A stretch of 64,000 nucleotides of DNA, from the NCBI GenBank assembly GCA_963815195.1, contig CAWFGE010000022.1, positions 256,001 through 320,000 on the forward strand. The letters are read 5' to 3'. Shown in pieces: positions 30,682 to 40,810 of the stretch; the first letter of the stretch is position 1, and every line of letters starts with the position of its first letter. Below the pieces are notes generated by a model. That model worked only from the letters and a program-made list of their open reading frames with translations. It was not told where the DNA came from and searched no databases. Origin of the DNA: an uncultured Planctomycetaceae bacterium. Its GTDB lineage: Bacteria > Planctomycetota > Planctomycetia > Planctomycetales > Planctomycetaceae. The position numbers and the translations under genes are program-made.

Positions 30682-31218
30682 CTATTTTTGCGGACGATTG
30701 CGGTGGGACGAATCGTCCCGATGGAACGCCGAGTCGTCGGCGTCGCCATCGAAGTTGAATTGGGCAAAATCGTCGACTGGAGCGGACTGCCGATCTCCAA
30801 AATCGTTCGGCCCGCCGCCATGTCGAACTCCCGCGCCCAACCCGTGCAGGAATTCATCCAAGTTCGGCTCGATGAAATCGCCGTCCGCATCGGTTGGATT
30901 GTCGGCGAACATTTCCACGATTTCCGCAAGTTCATGGCATCCTTCGTGGCGGAAGCAGTCGCTTAGGTCCCGCCAGGCCAACTGGTTCCAAGGCGCGGGG
31001 ATCGAGCGGGCGGCGGCGTGCAGCGGATTGATGGCCTCTTCATAGCGCTCCAAACGCCTGAGGGCCTGGCCGCGAAGGAAGCTCGCGTAAGGATCCAACA
31101 CGCCCGCCTCTTCGACGCGGTCCAATTCCTGGATCGCCCGTTCGGGCAGTTCCAGCTCCAGATAGCCTTCCGCCGCGAACAATCGCCGGACGGTTTTTTT
31201 GGTGGGTAAATATCGCAT
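30682..31218 (-). CDS. TPR-like protein with acidic C-terminal tail
   Basis: AEGYLELELPERA..EL, LRGQALRRLERYEEAI, AWRDLSDCF helical repeats. Confidence 0.75.
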   Translation of the reverse strand: MRYLPTKKTVRRLFAAEGYLELELPERAIQELDRVEEAGVLDPYASFLRGQALRRLERYEEAINPLHAAARSIPAPWNQLAWRDLSDCFRHEGCHELAEIVEMFADNPTDADGDFIEPNLDEFLHGLGAGVRHGGGPNDFGDRQSAPVDDFAQFNFDGDADDSAFHRDDSSHRNRPQK

Positions 31219-31279
31219 GGTTGAATCCCCTTCGGCCCCGCAGCCGTCAAAGTTGTCGTGGGTGAATGACTCAACCCAA

Positions 31280-31296
31280 TGCAAGCGGCATGCCAA
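31280..31296 (-). promoter_or_regulatory. Sigma-54 (-24/-12) promoter
   Basis: Minus strand TTGGCATGCCGCTTGCA: GG and GC are exactly 12 nt apart, about 60 nt upstream of the ATG at 31218. Confidence 0.65.
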
Positions 31297-31707
31297 ACCG
31301 GGGAGGATTCGCCGGCGGCGGCAAGATTGTGTCGTAACCGCTGCTTCAGAAAGAACTTATTGAATGCCCCGTTTTTTCAAGAAGGGTGGAAGATAAGGCA
31401 ATCGTTGAATTTTCCGGGGCCAACATGGTGAATCTGACAATTGACGGGCCGCGTAAGAACCAGTGCGGAGGACTGCCCGCATTGTCCGATCGGCAAGTAT
31501 TCATGACAAAACATTTCACCGAATCGGCGATTTCTCCCGCGATTGCCCCGCACCAGTTTGGTAAATCCGGTAAAATGCTCGCGAGAGGGGGGTTTTTAGG
31601 ATCCGAGCATCGGAGCGTTCAAAACCATTTGAACCGATCGGGCATGGATTCCGTTATCCACTCCACATATCCGAACAAGCATTTCGAAACAGTGCGGGAG
31701 AGACGAC

Positions 31708-32682
31708 ATGGATTATTCCAAATATCGCCACCGCCACCGGGATCCGCGGGACTTGGTGATTCCGGTCCTGATCATCATGGCTGTGATCGCGGTTGGGTTC
31801 TTGGCGCTGAGCAGCGTTTACACGGTCGCTCCCAACGAGCAGGCGGTGGTGCTCAGGTTCGGCAAGGAATACGCCACCTCGCCGCCGGGCCTGCATTTTT
31901 GCATTCCGCTCGTGGACCGGGTTTACACCGTGAGCGTGGAAGAGCACACCATCCGGCTGCCGTTCGGCCGCGGCGAGTCCAACAATGCCCGCCAGGTTAA
32001 GGAAGAAGACACGCTGATGCTCACGGGGGATCTCAACGCGGCTTCCGTCGAATGGACCATCCAATGGAAGATTCAAGATCCGCGGAATTACCTGTTCAGT
32101 TTCTCGCAGCCCAACAAGGAGGACTACATCGAATCCGTGATTCACACCGCCGCCCAGACGGTGATGAATCGGCTCGTCGGCGATTATTCCATCGATGAGG
32201 TCCTCACCGAAAAGCGCGGCGAGATCGCAGGCAAGGCTCGTGACGCGACGCAGGAGATTCTCGATCAATACCAATGTGGCGTGGCGATTATCGACTTGCA
32301 GCTGCAGCGGGTCACGCCGCCCGCCAAGGTGAAGCCGGCGTTTGATGAAGTCAACTCGGCGATCCAGACGCGGGACAAACTCATCAGTGAAGCGAAAAAG
32401 GAAAGCGAACAACTTCTGCCCGCGGCCGAGGCCCAGAAGGACTCGATGATCCAAGCGGCCAAGGGCTACGCCAAGTCCCGCCGGGCTTCCGTCGATGGGG
32501 AACTCGAGGCGCTGCGGGCGAAGTACGCAGCCTACCGGCTGGCTCCCGATGTGACCCGCCGGCGGATGTATTTGGAAGCGATGGAAGAAGTGCTCAAGGG
32601 CGTGGATTCCAAAGTCATCATCGATGCGGAACTCAACAAAGTGCTGCCCTTGCTGCGGCTCGATGAAGGAGGTGCGAAATGA
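31708..32682 (+). CDS. hflK: FtsH protease modulator HflK
   Basis: VVLRFGK..PGLH, MLTGDLN, VKPAFDEV, A.GY..G, APDVTRRRMYLEAMEEVL. Confidence 0.92.
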   Translation: MDYSKYRHRHRDPRDLVIPVLIIMAVIAVGFLALSSVYTVAPNEQAVVLRFGKEYATSPPGLHFCIPLVDRVYTVSVEEHTIRLPFGRGESNNARQVKEEDTLMLTGDLNAASVEWTIQWKIQDPRNYLFSFSQPNKEDYIESVIHTAAQTVMNRLVGDYSIDEVLTEKRGEIAGKARDATQEILDQYQCGVAIIDLQLQRVTPPAKVKPAFDEVNSAIQTRDKLISEAKKESEQLLPAAEAQKDSMIQAAKGYAKSRRASVDGELEALRAKYAAYRLAPDVTRRRMYLEAMEEVLKGVDSKVIIDAELNKVLPLLRLDEGGAK

Positions 32683-33830
32683 GCCAGTTTCCCAAATGGA
32701 TCTGGTGGGGCCTTGCCGGGACGATTTTGCTGTTGATCCTGGTGTTCGGTTCGATCTACACCGTGAGCGAACGCGAAGTGGCCGTGGTGCTCGAGTTCGG
32801 CAAGCCCGTCGCCAGCCGGACCGAGCCGGGGTTGTATTTCAAAGCCCCCTTGATGCAGAACGTGGAGCGCTATCCCAAGACGCTCCAGTTCTGGCGGAGC
32901 AGCGAGGGGGAAACGCTCGTCGATCTGCCCACCGCCGACAAAAAGAAAATCGAAGTCGCCGCGTGGGCGATCTGGCGGATCAAGGATCCCCAAAAGTTCC
33001 GCGAGGTTCTGGTGACGGTCGAGAACGCCGAGTCCAACGTCAAGGACCGCGTGCGGGCGGCGATTCGCGATGAGATCACGAGCCATAATCTTTCCGAAGT
33101 CATCCGCAGCACCGACCGCGAATTGACGTACTCGCTGCAGTTCGCGCAGCCGGATGTGATCGAAGAGGAACAAGACGCCAACGGCAACCCGGCCAACCAG
33201 AAGGAAGAGAACCTGATCCGAGGGGATGTGCCGCGATCGATCCAGCTCGGCCGCCGGGAAATCCTCGACCGCATTCGCGAGAACGTGCAAATGCGGCTTC
33301 AAGGCAAAGACGAGAAGGGCGGGACGGGCACGGATCGGGGCATCGAACTCGTGGATGTGGGGATTTACAACATCAGCTTTGTGCCCGCCGTCCGCGAGGC
33401 GGCGTTCGACCGCCTGAAAACCGCAATGGAAGCCATCGCCGCCAAGCACTACAACGAAGGCGTCAAGAAGAAGCAGGTGATTTTGAACGAAACCCACGCC
33501 GAGGTCGAGCGGATCACCGGCGAAGGCGAAGGCGAAAGCAGTTCGATCCGCGGCAAGATCGACGCGGAGATCATCACCGATTACGCAAAAGCCATCGAGG
33601 AGACGGGCGACTTTTTCAATTTCGACCGCACCTTGAAACTCTACAAGGAATCCTTGAGCGGAAAGTCGAACCGATTGATCTTGACGACGGACAGCGAACT
33701 TTTCCACCTCTTAAAAGAGCTTGACAAGGCGGCCAAACCGCCCACAATACCCGCCTCCAAAACCGCGACCACGGAAACTCCGAAAACCGGAACCAGGGAC
33801 GCTCCAAAAACCGGTGGCGAGTCACCGTGA
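32679..33830 (+). CDS. hflC: FtsH protease modulator HflC
   Basis: FGKPV..PGLYFKAP, TADKK, WRIKDP, GIELVDV, FFNFDRTL..Y, DSELF; ATGA overlap with hflK. Confidence 0.9.
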   Translation: MSQFPKWIWWGLAGTILLLILVFGSIYTVSEREVAVVLEFGKPVASRTEPGLYFKAPLMQNVERYPKTLQFWRSSEGETLVDLPTADKKKIEVAAWAIWRIKDPQKFREVLVTVENAESNVKDRVRAAIRDEITSHNLSEVIRSTDRELTYSLQFAQPDVIEEEQDANGNPANQKEENLIRGDVPRSIQLGRREILDRIRENVQMRLQGKDEKGGTGTDRGIELVDVGIYNISFVPAVREAAFDRLKTAMEAIAAKHYNEGVKKKQVILNETHAEVERITGEGEGESSSIRGKIDAEIITDYAKAIEETGDFFNFDRTLKLYKESLSGKSNRLILTTDSELFHLLKELDKAAKPPTIPASKTATTETPKTGTRDAPKTGGESP

Positions 33831-33839
33831 TCGATTTGA

Positions 33840-34058
33840 GACCACGAAAGACACGAAACCCACGAAAAAATCGAAGGCGGAAGGTTCTCGTGCATTGTCA
33901 ACGCCAAAAACCGGGATCAGCCGGAACGCGCTCGCGCCCGGTTCGATCTGGAAAAAACCTGGGCTAGCGCCGCGGCGAATTCGTTCAACCGTTTGACGCA
34001 GCACTCGGCGAATCTTCTGCAACGCGAGACGCTCTGTCATTTCGTGTCTTCCGCGGTC
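33840..34058. repeat. Inverted CACGAAA-type arms enclosing a REP pair
   Basis: GACCACGAAAGACACGAAA (33840..33858) vs TTTCGTGTCTTCCGCGGTC (34040..34058), 17/19; inner GGCGCTAGCC-family pair at 33916..33980. Confidence 0.65.
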
Positions 34059-34093
34059 CCCGTCTTTTTTCACCTCGTAAAACTGGATGCAGG

Positions 34094-35098
34094 ATGCACT
34101 ATTTTTTGCGAAGAGCGTTCGATTGGCCGGTGCGCCGGCACACCCCGTCCGAGGTTTATGCGCAGCGGAAAACGCATCGCCGGGAGTTCCTCCGGTGGAT
34201 GAGCCTCGGTGCGGCGTCTCCGTTTTTGTTCGGCTTGACGGGATGCAGCGAGCCGAGCGATCAGGAGATTTTCGATGCCGGGGCCGTGGACCGGCCGAGC
34301 GAAATTGAACGGTCCGCGTATCCCGCGAAGCGAAATCCCAAATACGAATACGGCCGGCCGGAAACGCCCCGCCGGGCTGTCGCCGAGTTCGCGAACTTTT
34401 ACGAGTTCACGTCCGACAAGGATGTGTGGAGACACATGCCACACTTTCATCCGTCAGACGATTGGAAAGTCCGGATCGACGGCGCCTGCCGAACCCCGAT
34501 GACCTGGGACATGGACGATCTGCACAATCGCATGAAAAGCAAGTTCGAGGAGCGGGCGTATCGGCACCGCTGCGTGGAAGCGTGGGCGATGTGCATTCCC
34601 TGGACGGGATTCCCGCTCGCGGAACTTCTGAAACTCGCCGATCCCAAGCCGTCGGCGAAATTCGTGGTATTCGAGACCTTCGGCCCGCGGGACGATGCCC
34701 CCAACATGACCGACAGCTCGTATCCCTGGCCTTACCGGGAAGGTCTATCGATCGAGGAAGCCAGGAACGAATTGGCGTTCATCGCCACCGGGGTTTACGG
34801 AGAGCCTCTGCCCAAGCAGCACGGCACCCCGCTGCGTCTGGTCGTGCCTTGGAAGTACGGATTCAAGAGCATCAAGTCGCTCGTGAAAATCACGCTGACC
34901 GAAGCCAGGCCCGAGACCTTCTGGCACAGCGTCTGGCCGGAGGCGTACAGTTTCGACGCCAACGTCAACCCCGAAAAGCCGCACCCCAGTTGGAGCCAGC
35001 GCACCGAAACCATGCTCGGCCCAAACCGCGAACGTTTTGACACAGAGCTTTACAACGGCTACGGAGAATATGTGGCCAAGCTCTATGGCGCGGTATAG
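34094..35098 (+). CDS. msrP: Protein-methionine-sulfoxide reductase catalytic subunit (molybdoenzyme)
   Basis: Tat RREFL, NFYEF, ERAYRHRCVEAW, WPYREGL, LVVPWKYGFKSIKS, NVNP..PHP.WSQ, NGYGE.VA.LY. Confidence 0.93.
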   Translation: MHYFLRRAFDWPVRRHTPSEVYAQRKTHRREFLRWMSLGAASPFLFGLTGCSEPSDQEIFDAGAVDRPSEIERSAYPAKRNPKYEYGRPETPRRAVAEFANFYEFTSDKDVWRHMPHFHPSDDWKVRIDGACRTPMTWDMDDLHNRMKSKFEERAYRHRCVEAWAMCIPWTGFPLAELLKLADPKPSAKFVVFETFGPRDDAPNMTDSSYPWPYREGLSIEEARNELAFIATGVYGEPLPKQHGTPLRLVVPWKYGFKSIKSLVKITLTEARPETFWHSVWPEAYSFDANVNPEKPHPSWSQRTETMLGPNRERFDTELYNGYGEYVAKLYGAV

Positions 35099-35178
35099 AA
35101 TCGCAATTAGATCAACGGCAGCAGGAGGCTCCCGCGATTTGGGTTGGATCACTTTGATCAATAAATCGGGAGGGAATC

Positions 35179-35732
35179 ATGCCCGTCGCTCAATCCATTC
35201 GCTGCGACAGTTGCGGGCGCCTCTGCAAATTCCGCCGACCGCGCGGTTCGTGACCTGCCGGCATTGCTCCGCCGAGCTGGAAGTGCAGCGGAACGCGGAT
35301 GTCGTGTTTACGCAGATTCTGCAGAACGTGTCCGAGCAAATTCTCGAAACGCAATCGCAGTTGGATCAGTTCAAAAGGCAACAAGAACTGGACCGGTTGG
35401 ACGCCGAGTGGCAGAGGAAACGCCGCGACGACTACGGCAGCCTCTGCCCGGAAGATCCCACCGAGATGCCGGATTTTTGGAAGTCAGGAGGATGGCTGCT
35501 GTTGGCGATGATCCTGGTCACCATGACCGTGATCGTCGGGATCGTTCAAGGCAGTGCCGAGTTAACGGTTCCCATGCTATCGGTTTTACTGGTTTTTGGG
35601 ATTCTATTCGGGATCGAATGTTCCAAATATCATCTTTATCAGCAGGATTTGATCATCTACCGGAGACGGCGGATCAAACTTCAAAGCCCCGAACCAGTGG
35701 AAGCCGAGTACGAAGAAGAGGATGATTCATAG
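35179..35732 (+). CDS. Zinc-ribbon + coiled-coil + 2-TM protein (frameshift near 35216)
   Basis: MPVAQSIRCDSCG joins APLQIP..TCRHC if one G is restored; GGGAGG RBS. Confidence 0.7.
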
Positions 35733-35772
35733 CGGCAGCGTTGAAGCGCCGAGAGAGCCGAAAAAACTTCTT

Positions 35773-35836
35773 CCGCTGACTTCGTGCGCGGCTCTTTGGA
35801 ACACTTTGTACCGCTGACTTCGTGCGCGGCTCTTTG
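35773..35836. repeat. Two direct copies of the 26-bp repeat CCGCTGACTTCGTGCGCGGCTCTTTG
   Basis: Identical copies at 35773..35798 and 35811..35836; same unit at 45517. Confidence 0.9.
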
Positions 35837-35849
35837 TTTCGGTCATCGC

Positions 35850-37161
35850 TTATTGCGGCGCGCTCATTTTCATTTGGTTTTCCCACTGCTCCCGTTGCGC
35901 GGGCGTGATGGGCGGGGTGAGCACGGAGCCGGTGGGCGTGGTCGCGGGCGGGGCTTGGGCTTCCGAAGCTTCGGGTTCGAAAAAGCCTCCGTCCGGTTCC
36001 TTCGCCGGCTGGCTGGCTTTCCAACCTTGTTGCGGAGCGGCGGGGACGGCGGCCGGTTCGGCTGGGGCAATGACAGGCTCAGTCGCCGGCGCGTCCGGGA
36101 TGGCTTCGGTCGGCGGATCCACGGGAGACATCTCCGGCGGCGTAGCCGAGAATTTGATCGGCGCGGCCGCGGGGCGGCTCACCGGGGAAGTCACAGGCTG
36201 AGGCGCCTCGGCAACTTCCGCGTGGATCAGATTCCGATAGGCCGGTACCTGAGCCGTCGGCTGAGCGGACGGTTTGATTGCCGCCCAGGGGGCGGGCTTC
36301 TCGGAGTGGGCGAGGCGGATGTGCGAAGTCCCCCGGTCCCCCGAAACCGTCGCGACTGGCCGGAGCGGACTCGCCTCGCGGGGCGGGAACGGTCTGGGGG
36401 CTTGGGCGAGGCCGGTGCTCCGGGGCCCCCGGAGTTTCCCATCGATCTCCGCTAGCAGGTTTTGCGCTTGTTGGAGTTGGGGATTGATCGCCAGGGCTTT
36501 CTCGAACCGGGCTTTGGCCATCTCGGTTTGCCCTTGCTCGTAGAGCAGATAGCCGATGTTGTAGTGGGCTTCCGCTTCGCCGAGCACGTGGCGAAACTGC
36601 GGAAAGGCCGCGGCCATGTCGCCCGACTGCGCCAACCCGATCGCGTAATGATAGCGAAACGTGGGTTCGTTGGGTTCGGCCTCGGCGGCTTGCTCCAGCA
36701 AAGGCAAGGCTTTGGTCCAATTCTTCTGCGACGCGTAGAACTGTCCGAGCGCGTTCGAGCGCGATGGGATCGTGCGGACGCGAGGCGAGGGCCTTTTGAA
36801 ATCCGGCTTCGGCCTCGGCGTTCATGCCCGTCAATTGGTCCAATCTCGCCAGGCCCAACTTGGCTTCCAGGGATTTGGGATTCTCCTTCAAGGCGAACTG
36901 GTAGGACTTGCGGGCATCGGCCAGGTCGCCCACGTCCTCGCGCCATTGGGCGTATCGCAGGTGCAGGTTGCCGGGATTCTGCAGTTTGTTGGTGGCGTCG
37001 TTTCGTTCCTGGCGCGCCTGCTCGTGCATTGTGGCGGGCTGACGTCCAAACCAGGAGAACAGGCGGCTGGGCTGATGCGGTCCCCCGGCACAACCCGTCA
37101 AAGCCACACTCGAACACGAAAGTCCGAGAACCCAGCCACGAATCGCTTGACCTTTCAACAC
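35850..37161 (-). CDS. TPR lipoprotein with Pro/Ala-rich tail (frameshifts near 36760-36795)
   Basis: Lipobox VALTGC, TPR motifs (AKLGLARL, AEAHYNIGYLL..A..FEKAL.INP); GTG start after GGAGG. Confidence 0.75.
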
Positions 37162-37232
37162 GCCGCACCTCCCTGCCCACGGGCTGATTGAGCCAGCGTC
37201 CGCTGACGCAGCCGAAGGGCAGATGATTGAAT

Positions 37233-38758
37233 TTACACCTGGCAGAAGAACCGCGTGGCGGTTTCTGCCAATAATTCCGGATTTAACGAAACGTCCTGTT
37301 TCTTGAATCGACAGATCGCCATCGCAATCTCCAATAAATCTCGCGGGTCGCTTGATCTGGGGGATTTCCCCTGGTCGTAGTAGTTGGCGAAGAGATAATC
37401 GACCGCGCGGGCGTCGTAGGGAATTTTTCTTTGATCGCAGCAAAGCTGGAAGATTTCGTTGTAGATTTCGCGCGTCGGCGGCCCGATGTGGATTTTGTGT
37501 CGAATCCGCCGCATGAAGGCTTCGTCCACCAATTCGTTCGGGTCGAGGTTTGTCGAGAACACGATGAGTTGCTCGAACGGGACGGCGAGTTTCTTGCCCG
37601 TGGCCAGCGTGAGAAAATCCACGTGCTCTTCCAGCGGCAGAATCCAGCGGTTGAGCAAATCGCGGGGGCTGACGATCTGCCGCCCGAAATCGTCGATCAA
37701 AAACACGCCGCTGTTCGCCTTGATGTGCAGCGGAGCGTTGTAAAAATTGCCTTCCGTGTGATAGCGGAGGTCGAGCATGTCCAACGTGAGTTCCCCGCCG
37801 GTGATGACGACCGGCCGCCGGACCCGCCGCCAGCGGAGGTCGGCGTGCGGCGATTCGCCTCCGAGGTCCGCCGACAGCACCACGGACGTCCCGGGCCCAT
37901 CCGCGAAGTCTTCCTGGTCTACGGGGACGTGCAGCGTGGGATCGAACACCGTGATAATGCTGCCGCCGGCATCGATGGCATAGGGCACGTAGACTTCGCC
38001 GCCGTGATCGTTGAGAAACCGCCCGAGGCCTTTGGCGATCATGGTTTTCCCATTGCCGGGCGGCCCGTAAACAAAGATCGATTTGCCGCTGCACACCGCG
38101 GGCCCGAGTTCTTCCAGGAGACCGGAGCGAATCACCAGGTCTTCAAAGGCTTGCTCCAAAGCCCCGGTTTCGCAGGGCACCGTCGAAACCCGCTGCTTTT
38201 TGCATTGGGCCACGTAATCTTCCAATGTCACCGGAGCGGGGCCCACATACCGGCAATGCTGAAAACATTCCTGCGCCCGCCGCGCCCGAGTTCCGTCAGA
38301 TTGAAGCGGTAAGACGCCGGGCCGATCAAATCGCCGGAAATCACCTCCAGGCATTTTTCGGACTTCAAAAACCTGAGGGCCTCTTCGACCAGTTGAAACG
38401 GCAGCCGCACGTTGCGGGCCAACTGGACGCCGAGCGTATTGCCCTGCAAATACAGGTGCTTGAGCAGCAAATCCGCCAGGGGCATCAGTCCAATGCCCGC
38501 TTCCTCGAATGTCGCCGGACACGTGGGGGCGGCGATGGCCGGGGCGGCCGGATGCGGATGGGGAGCGGGCGGGTTCTGGGAGCAAGGCGGTTCGTCCGCC
38601 GATTCTCCCAAACCCGGCAGCACCGGTTGCCGCGGCGAGGCAAACAGATCCGTGTAGAGATCCTTTCCCGTCGCGGAGAGTTCCGGACACCTTGCGGGTT
38701 GGCCCGGTTCGCCGGCGGACGGGCCGGACGGCGAGTCGAAATCGTTGCGATCGATCAT
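37233..38758 (-). CDS. AAA+ ATPase with N-terminal winged-helix-like region (frameshift near 38275)
   Basis: YVGPAPV, YGPPGNGKT Walker A, GGELTLDMLDL, KANSGVFLIDDFGRQ, LLNRWI.PLE, FSTNL, DEAFMRRI. Confidence 0.85.
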
Positions 38759-38818
38759 GGCATTTTCTGGCTCCGAATCGACGAAGAACACAAAGACTCA
38801 ACCCCAGGGTGCCGCAGG

Positions 38819-38856
38819 AAAAACGAAACCCGGCTTCCTGCGGAAACCGGGTTTCG
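38819..38856 (-). terminator. Rho-independent terminator
   Basis: CGAAACCCGG.TTCC / GGAA.CCGGGTTTCG stem with a 5-T tail on the minus strand. Confidence 0.65.
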
Positions 38857-38919
38857 GCGACTTCGTCTCCATCACAACGTCAAGACCAAGGCGATTTCCA
38901 ACCTGCGGAAATCGGCGGA

Positions 38920-39607
38920 TTAGTTGCTCGCTCTGCTGCGCGGAGATTCGTACAAGATCCGCGGCTCAGGCAACGTGGTGACGAACTTGCGATATTGCGA
39001 ATCGATGTGCTGCGCAGGCAGGCCGAAAGGCGAGTCCGCGCAGAGCGCGACCTGCGGCACCTGGTCCGCTCCGATCATTTCCGCCGCCGCCGTTTGCACC
39101 GCCGCGATCCGCGACTGGCTGACCGCGGGCGACGAACCGGTTTGGACCCAGCACGTGCGGTATTCTTCCGGGGCGTTCTGGAGAATCCACTGCAAATGCG
39201 CTGAAGCCGGCCTGGTTGAGCTCGCAGGTCTCGTCGTCGAAGTGGTATTCGTACAAAGTGGTTTGCAGAATCCAGCCGTTGTCCACATGCGTTTGAATGT
39301 AGGTTCGAACGCTTTCCCGGTCCTGGCACATGTAGGGATAGGGCCAATAGTGGGCCGCGTGATACCGCTGCTTGCGCGGCAGTTGGGGCCCGGTCGGCCG
39401 CGGAAACGGAGGCCAGAGCTTGCCATAGCGGTAAACCTGCCGGGCTCCCACCGGCGAGCCGCCGTGGTAATCATAATAATCCTTACTGAAGATGCTCGGC
39501 GCATTGGGATCCCGGTCTTCCCAGTTCCACATGGAGCATCCCGACAAAACCAGCGTCGCCATCACGCCGGCGGCACCGGCGAGGCGTAAAACAAACGTCA
39601 TCTCCAT
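38920..39607 (-). CDS. Hypothetical lipoprotein (frameshift near 39200)
   Basis: Lipobox VLSGC; HYWPYPYMCQDR..NGWILQTTLYEYHFD..LNQAG, continued by HLQWIL..LPEPRI in the other frame. Confidence 0.7.
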
Positions 39608-39905
39608 ACCCCCCATTTAAGAGACCGAATTCGCGGCCCGTCCTCGACCGGCCTGCCTATCGCCATAGGCGGACCGGGAGCCCGCTGGTCCAATCCTTGC
39701 GGGCCTTGGGACGCGGAAACGCTCCTTCGGCTGAAACTCCATTTCCAGCGGGCGCTCGGCTCTCGGCGAGCTAAACTCGAAAAGCCTCGGCAACTTGCAA
39801 AATTGCCTACCCTTCCGAGACGACGCACCCGTGGTCGTTCTATCGGCATTCGCGCGGCGGAGGCATCATGCGAATCGTTGTGATGGTTCGGGGAATTTCA
39901 ACGAA

Positions 39906-40214
39906 TCAAGGAAGGAAAACGAAAATGTCGTCCCCCTCGACCCGCACGGGAAACGTGGCGTGCTGAAGGTTGGCATTCAAACAATGCCGGCCGCTGGTGA
40001 CGTCAAACTGCCACCCATGCCAGGGACAAGTCACGACCGAGCCGGCTAACGCTCCTTGGCCCAATGGACCGCCCGCGTGCGGACACACCCCGTCCATCGC
40101 ATAATACACGCCCTCCACGTTAAACAGCGCCACCACCCGCCCGGCCGCGGCCAGTTCCTTCCCCGTGCCCGCGGGAATCTCGTCCACCTTCCCCACTCGA
40201 ACCCATTCACTCAC
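39906..40214 (-). CDS. Rieske-type [2Fe-2S] ferredoxin (NirD-like)
   Basis: CPHAGGPL and CPWHGWQFD motifs; GTG start. Confidence 0.93.
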   Translation of the reverse strand: MSEWVRVGKVDEIPAGTGKELAAAGRVVALFNVEGVYYAMDGVCPHAGGPLGQGALAGSVVTCPWHGWQFDVTSGRHCLNANLQHATFPVRVEGDDIFVFLP

Positions 40215-40302
40215 GAACACACCTCGCCAGAAATGCGGAACCAAAACCCGATTGTCCAACGCCTCGAGGAAAAGCACAAGCCGACCGGCTTTGCCCCGCT
40301 TC

Positions 40303-40791
40303 GTCCCCTCTCCCCTTGGGGGAGAGGGTTAGGGTGAGGGGGCCGGACGGTTTAATCCGTCCGATTCTTGACCGATTCTCCTCGCTTCCAGTCCAACGCT
40401 TTCACCTCGCGAGCAATCGCAACGTCCTCCAACACGTCTTCGTTTGCAAATCGGACCACACGATAGCCTTCCGCTTCGAGGTATTGTTGGCGATTTCTAT
40501 CTGCATCGAAGATGTCGTCGTGATAACCCCCATCAATTTCAATAATGAGTTTCAAATCCTGGCAGACAAAATCCACGATGAATGGGTCAATGGATTGCTG
40601 ACGCCGAAATTTGAGGCCTTCCAAGCGACGATTTCTGACGACCGCCCAAACGAGTTGCTCCGGTTTCGTACTCGCACGTCGAAGCTGACGGCGGTGAGTC
40701 TTCGACTTATCTGTCTTGTGAGGCTTTTGATTCATTTGAGAACCCTTGGTTTCCCCTCACCCTAACCCTCTCCCCCAAGGGGAGAGGGGAC
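40303..40791. mobile_element. Putative minimal mobile cassette: DUF559 endonuclease between perfect 39-bp inverted repeats
   Basis: 40303..40341 is the exact reverse complement of 40753..40791; each arm holds a 10-bp hairpin; the single enclosed ORF is more AT-rich than its neighbours. Confidence 0.6.
40352..40735 (-). CDS. DUF559 (Vsr-like) endonuclease
   Basis: LRR..T.PE..VW..R...GLKFRRQ..I..FIVDF.C...LIIEIDGGYH...D..R...L...GY.VVRF.N. Confidence 0.9.
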   Translation of the reverse strand: MNQKPHKTDKSKTHRRQLRRASTKPEQLVWAVVRNRRLEGLKFRRQQSIDPFIVDFVCQDLKLIIEIDGGYHDDIFDADRNRQQYLEAEGYRVVRFANEDVLEDVAIAREVKALDWKRGESVKNRTD

Positions 40792-40810
40792 AAGACACGA
40801 CTTTCCACAA

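Noticed and set aside
29157..30935. Long alternative-frame and antisense ORFs (this one, 1605..3245, 36079..38094 as a whole, 41441..42844 and similar)
   Set aside because: Mostly Arg/Pro/Gly-rich shadows of well-supported genes, expected in high-GC DNA; only segments explained by frameshifts were used.
35773..35836. Possible mini-CRISPR (two identical 26-bp repeats)
   Set aside because: Only two units, a 12-nt spacer and no cas genes; the same unit forms an inverted pair at 45516..45573, as REPs do.
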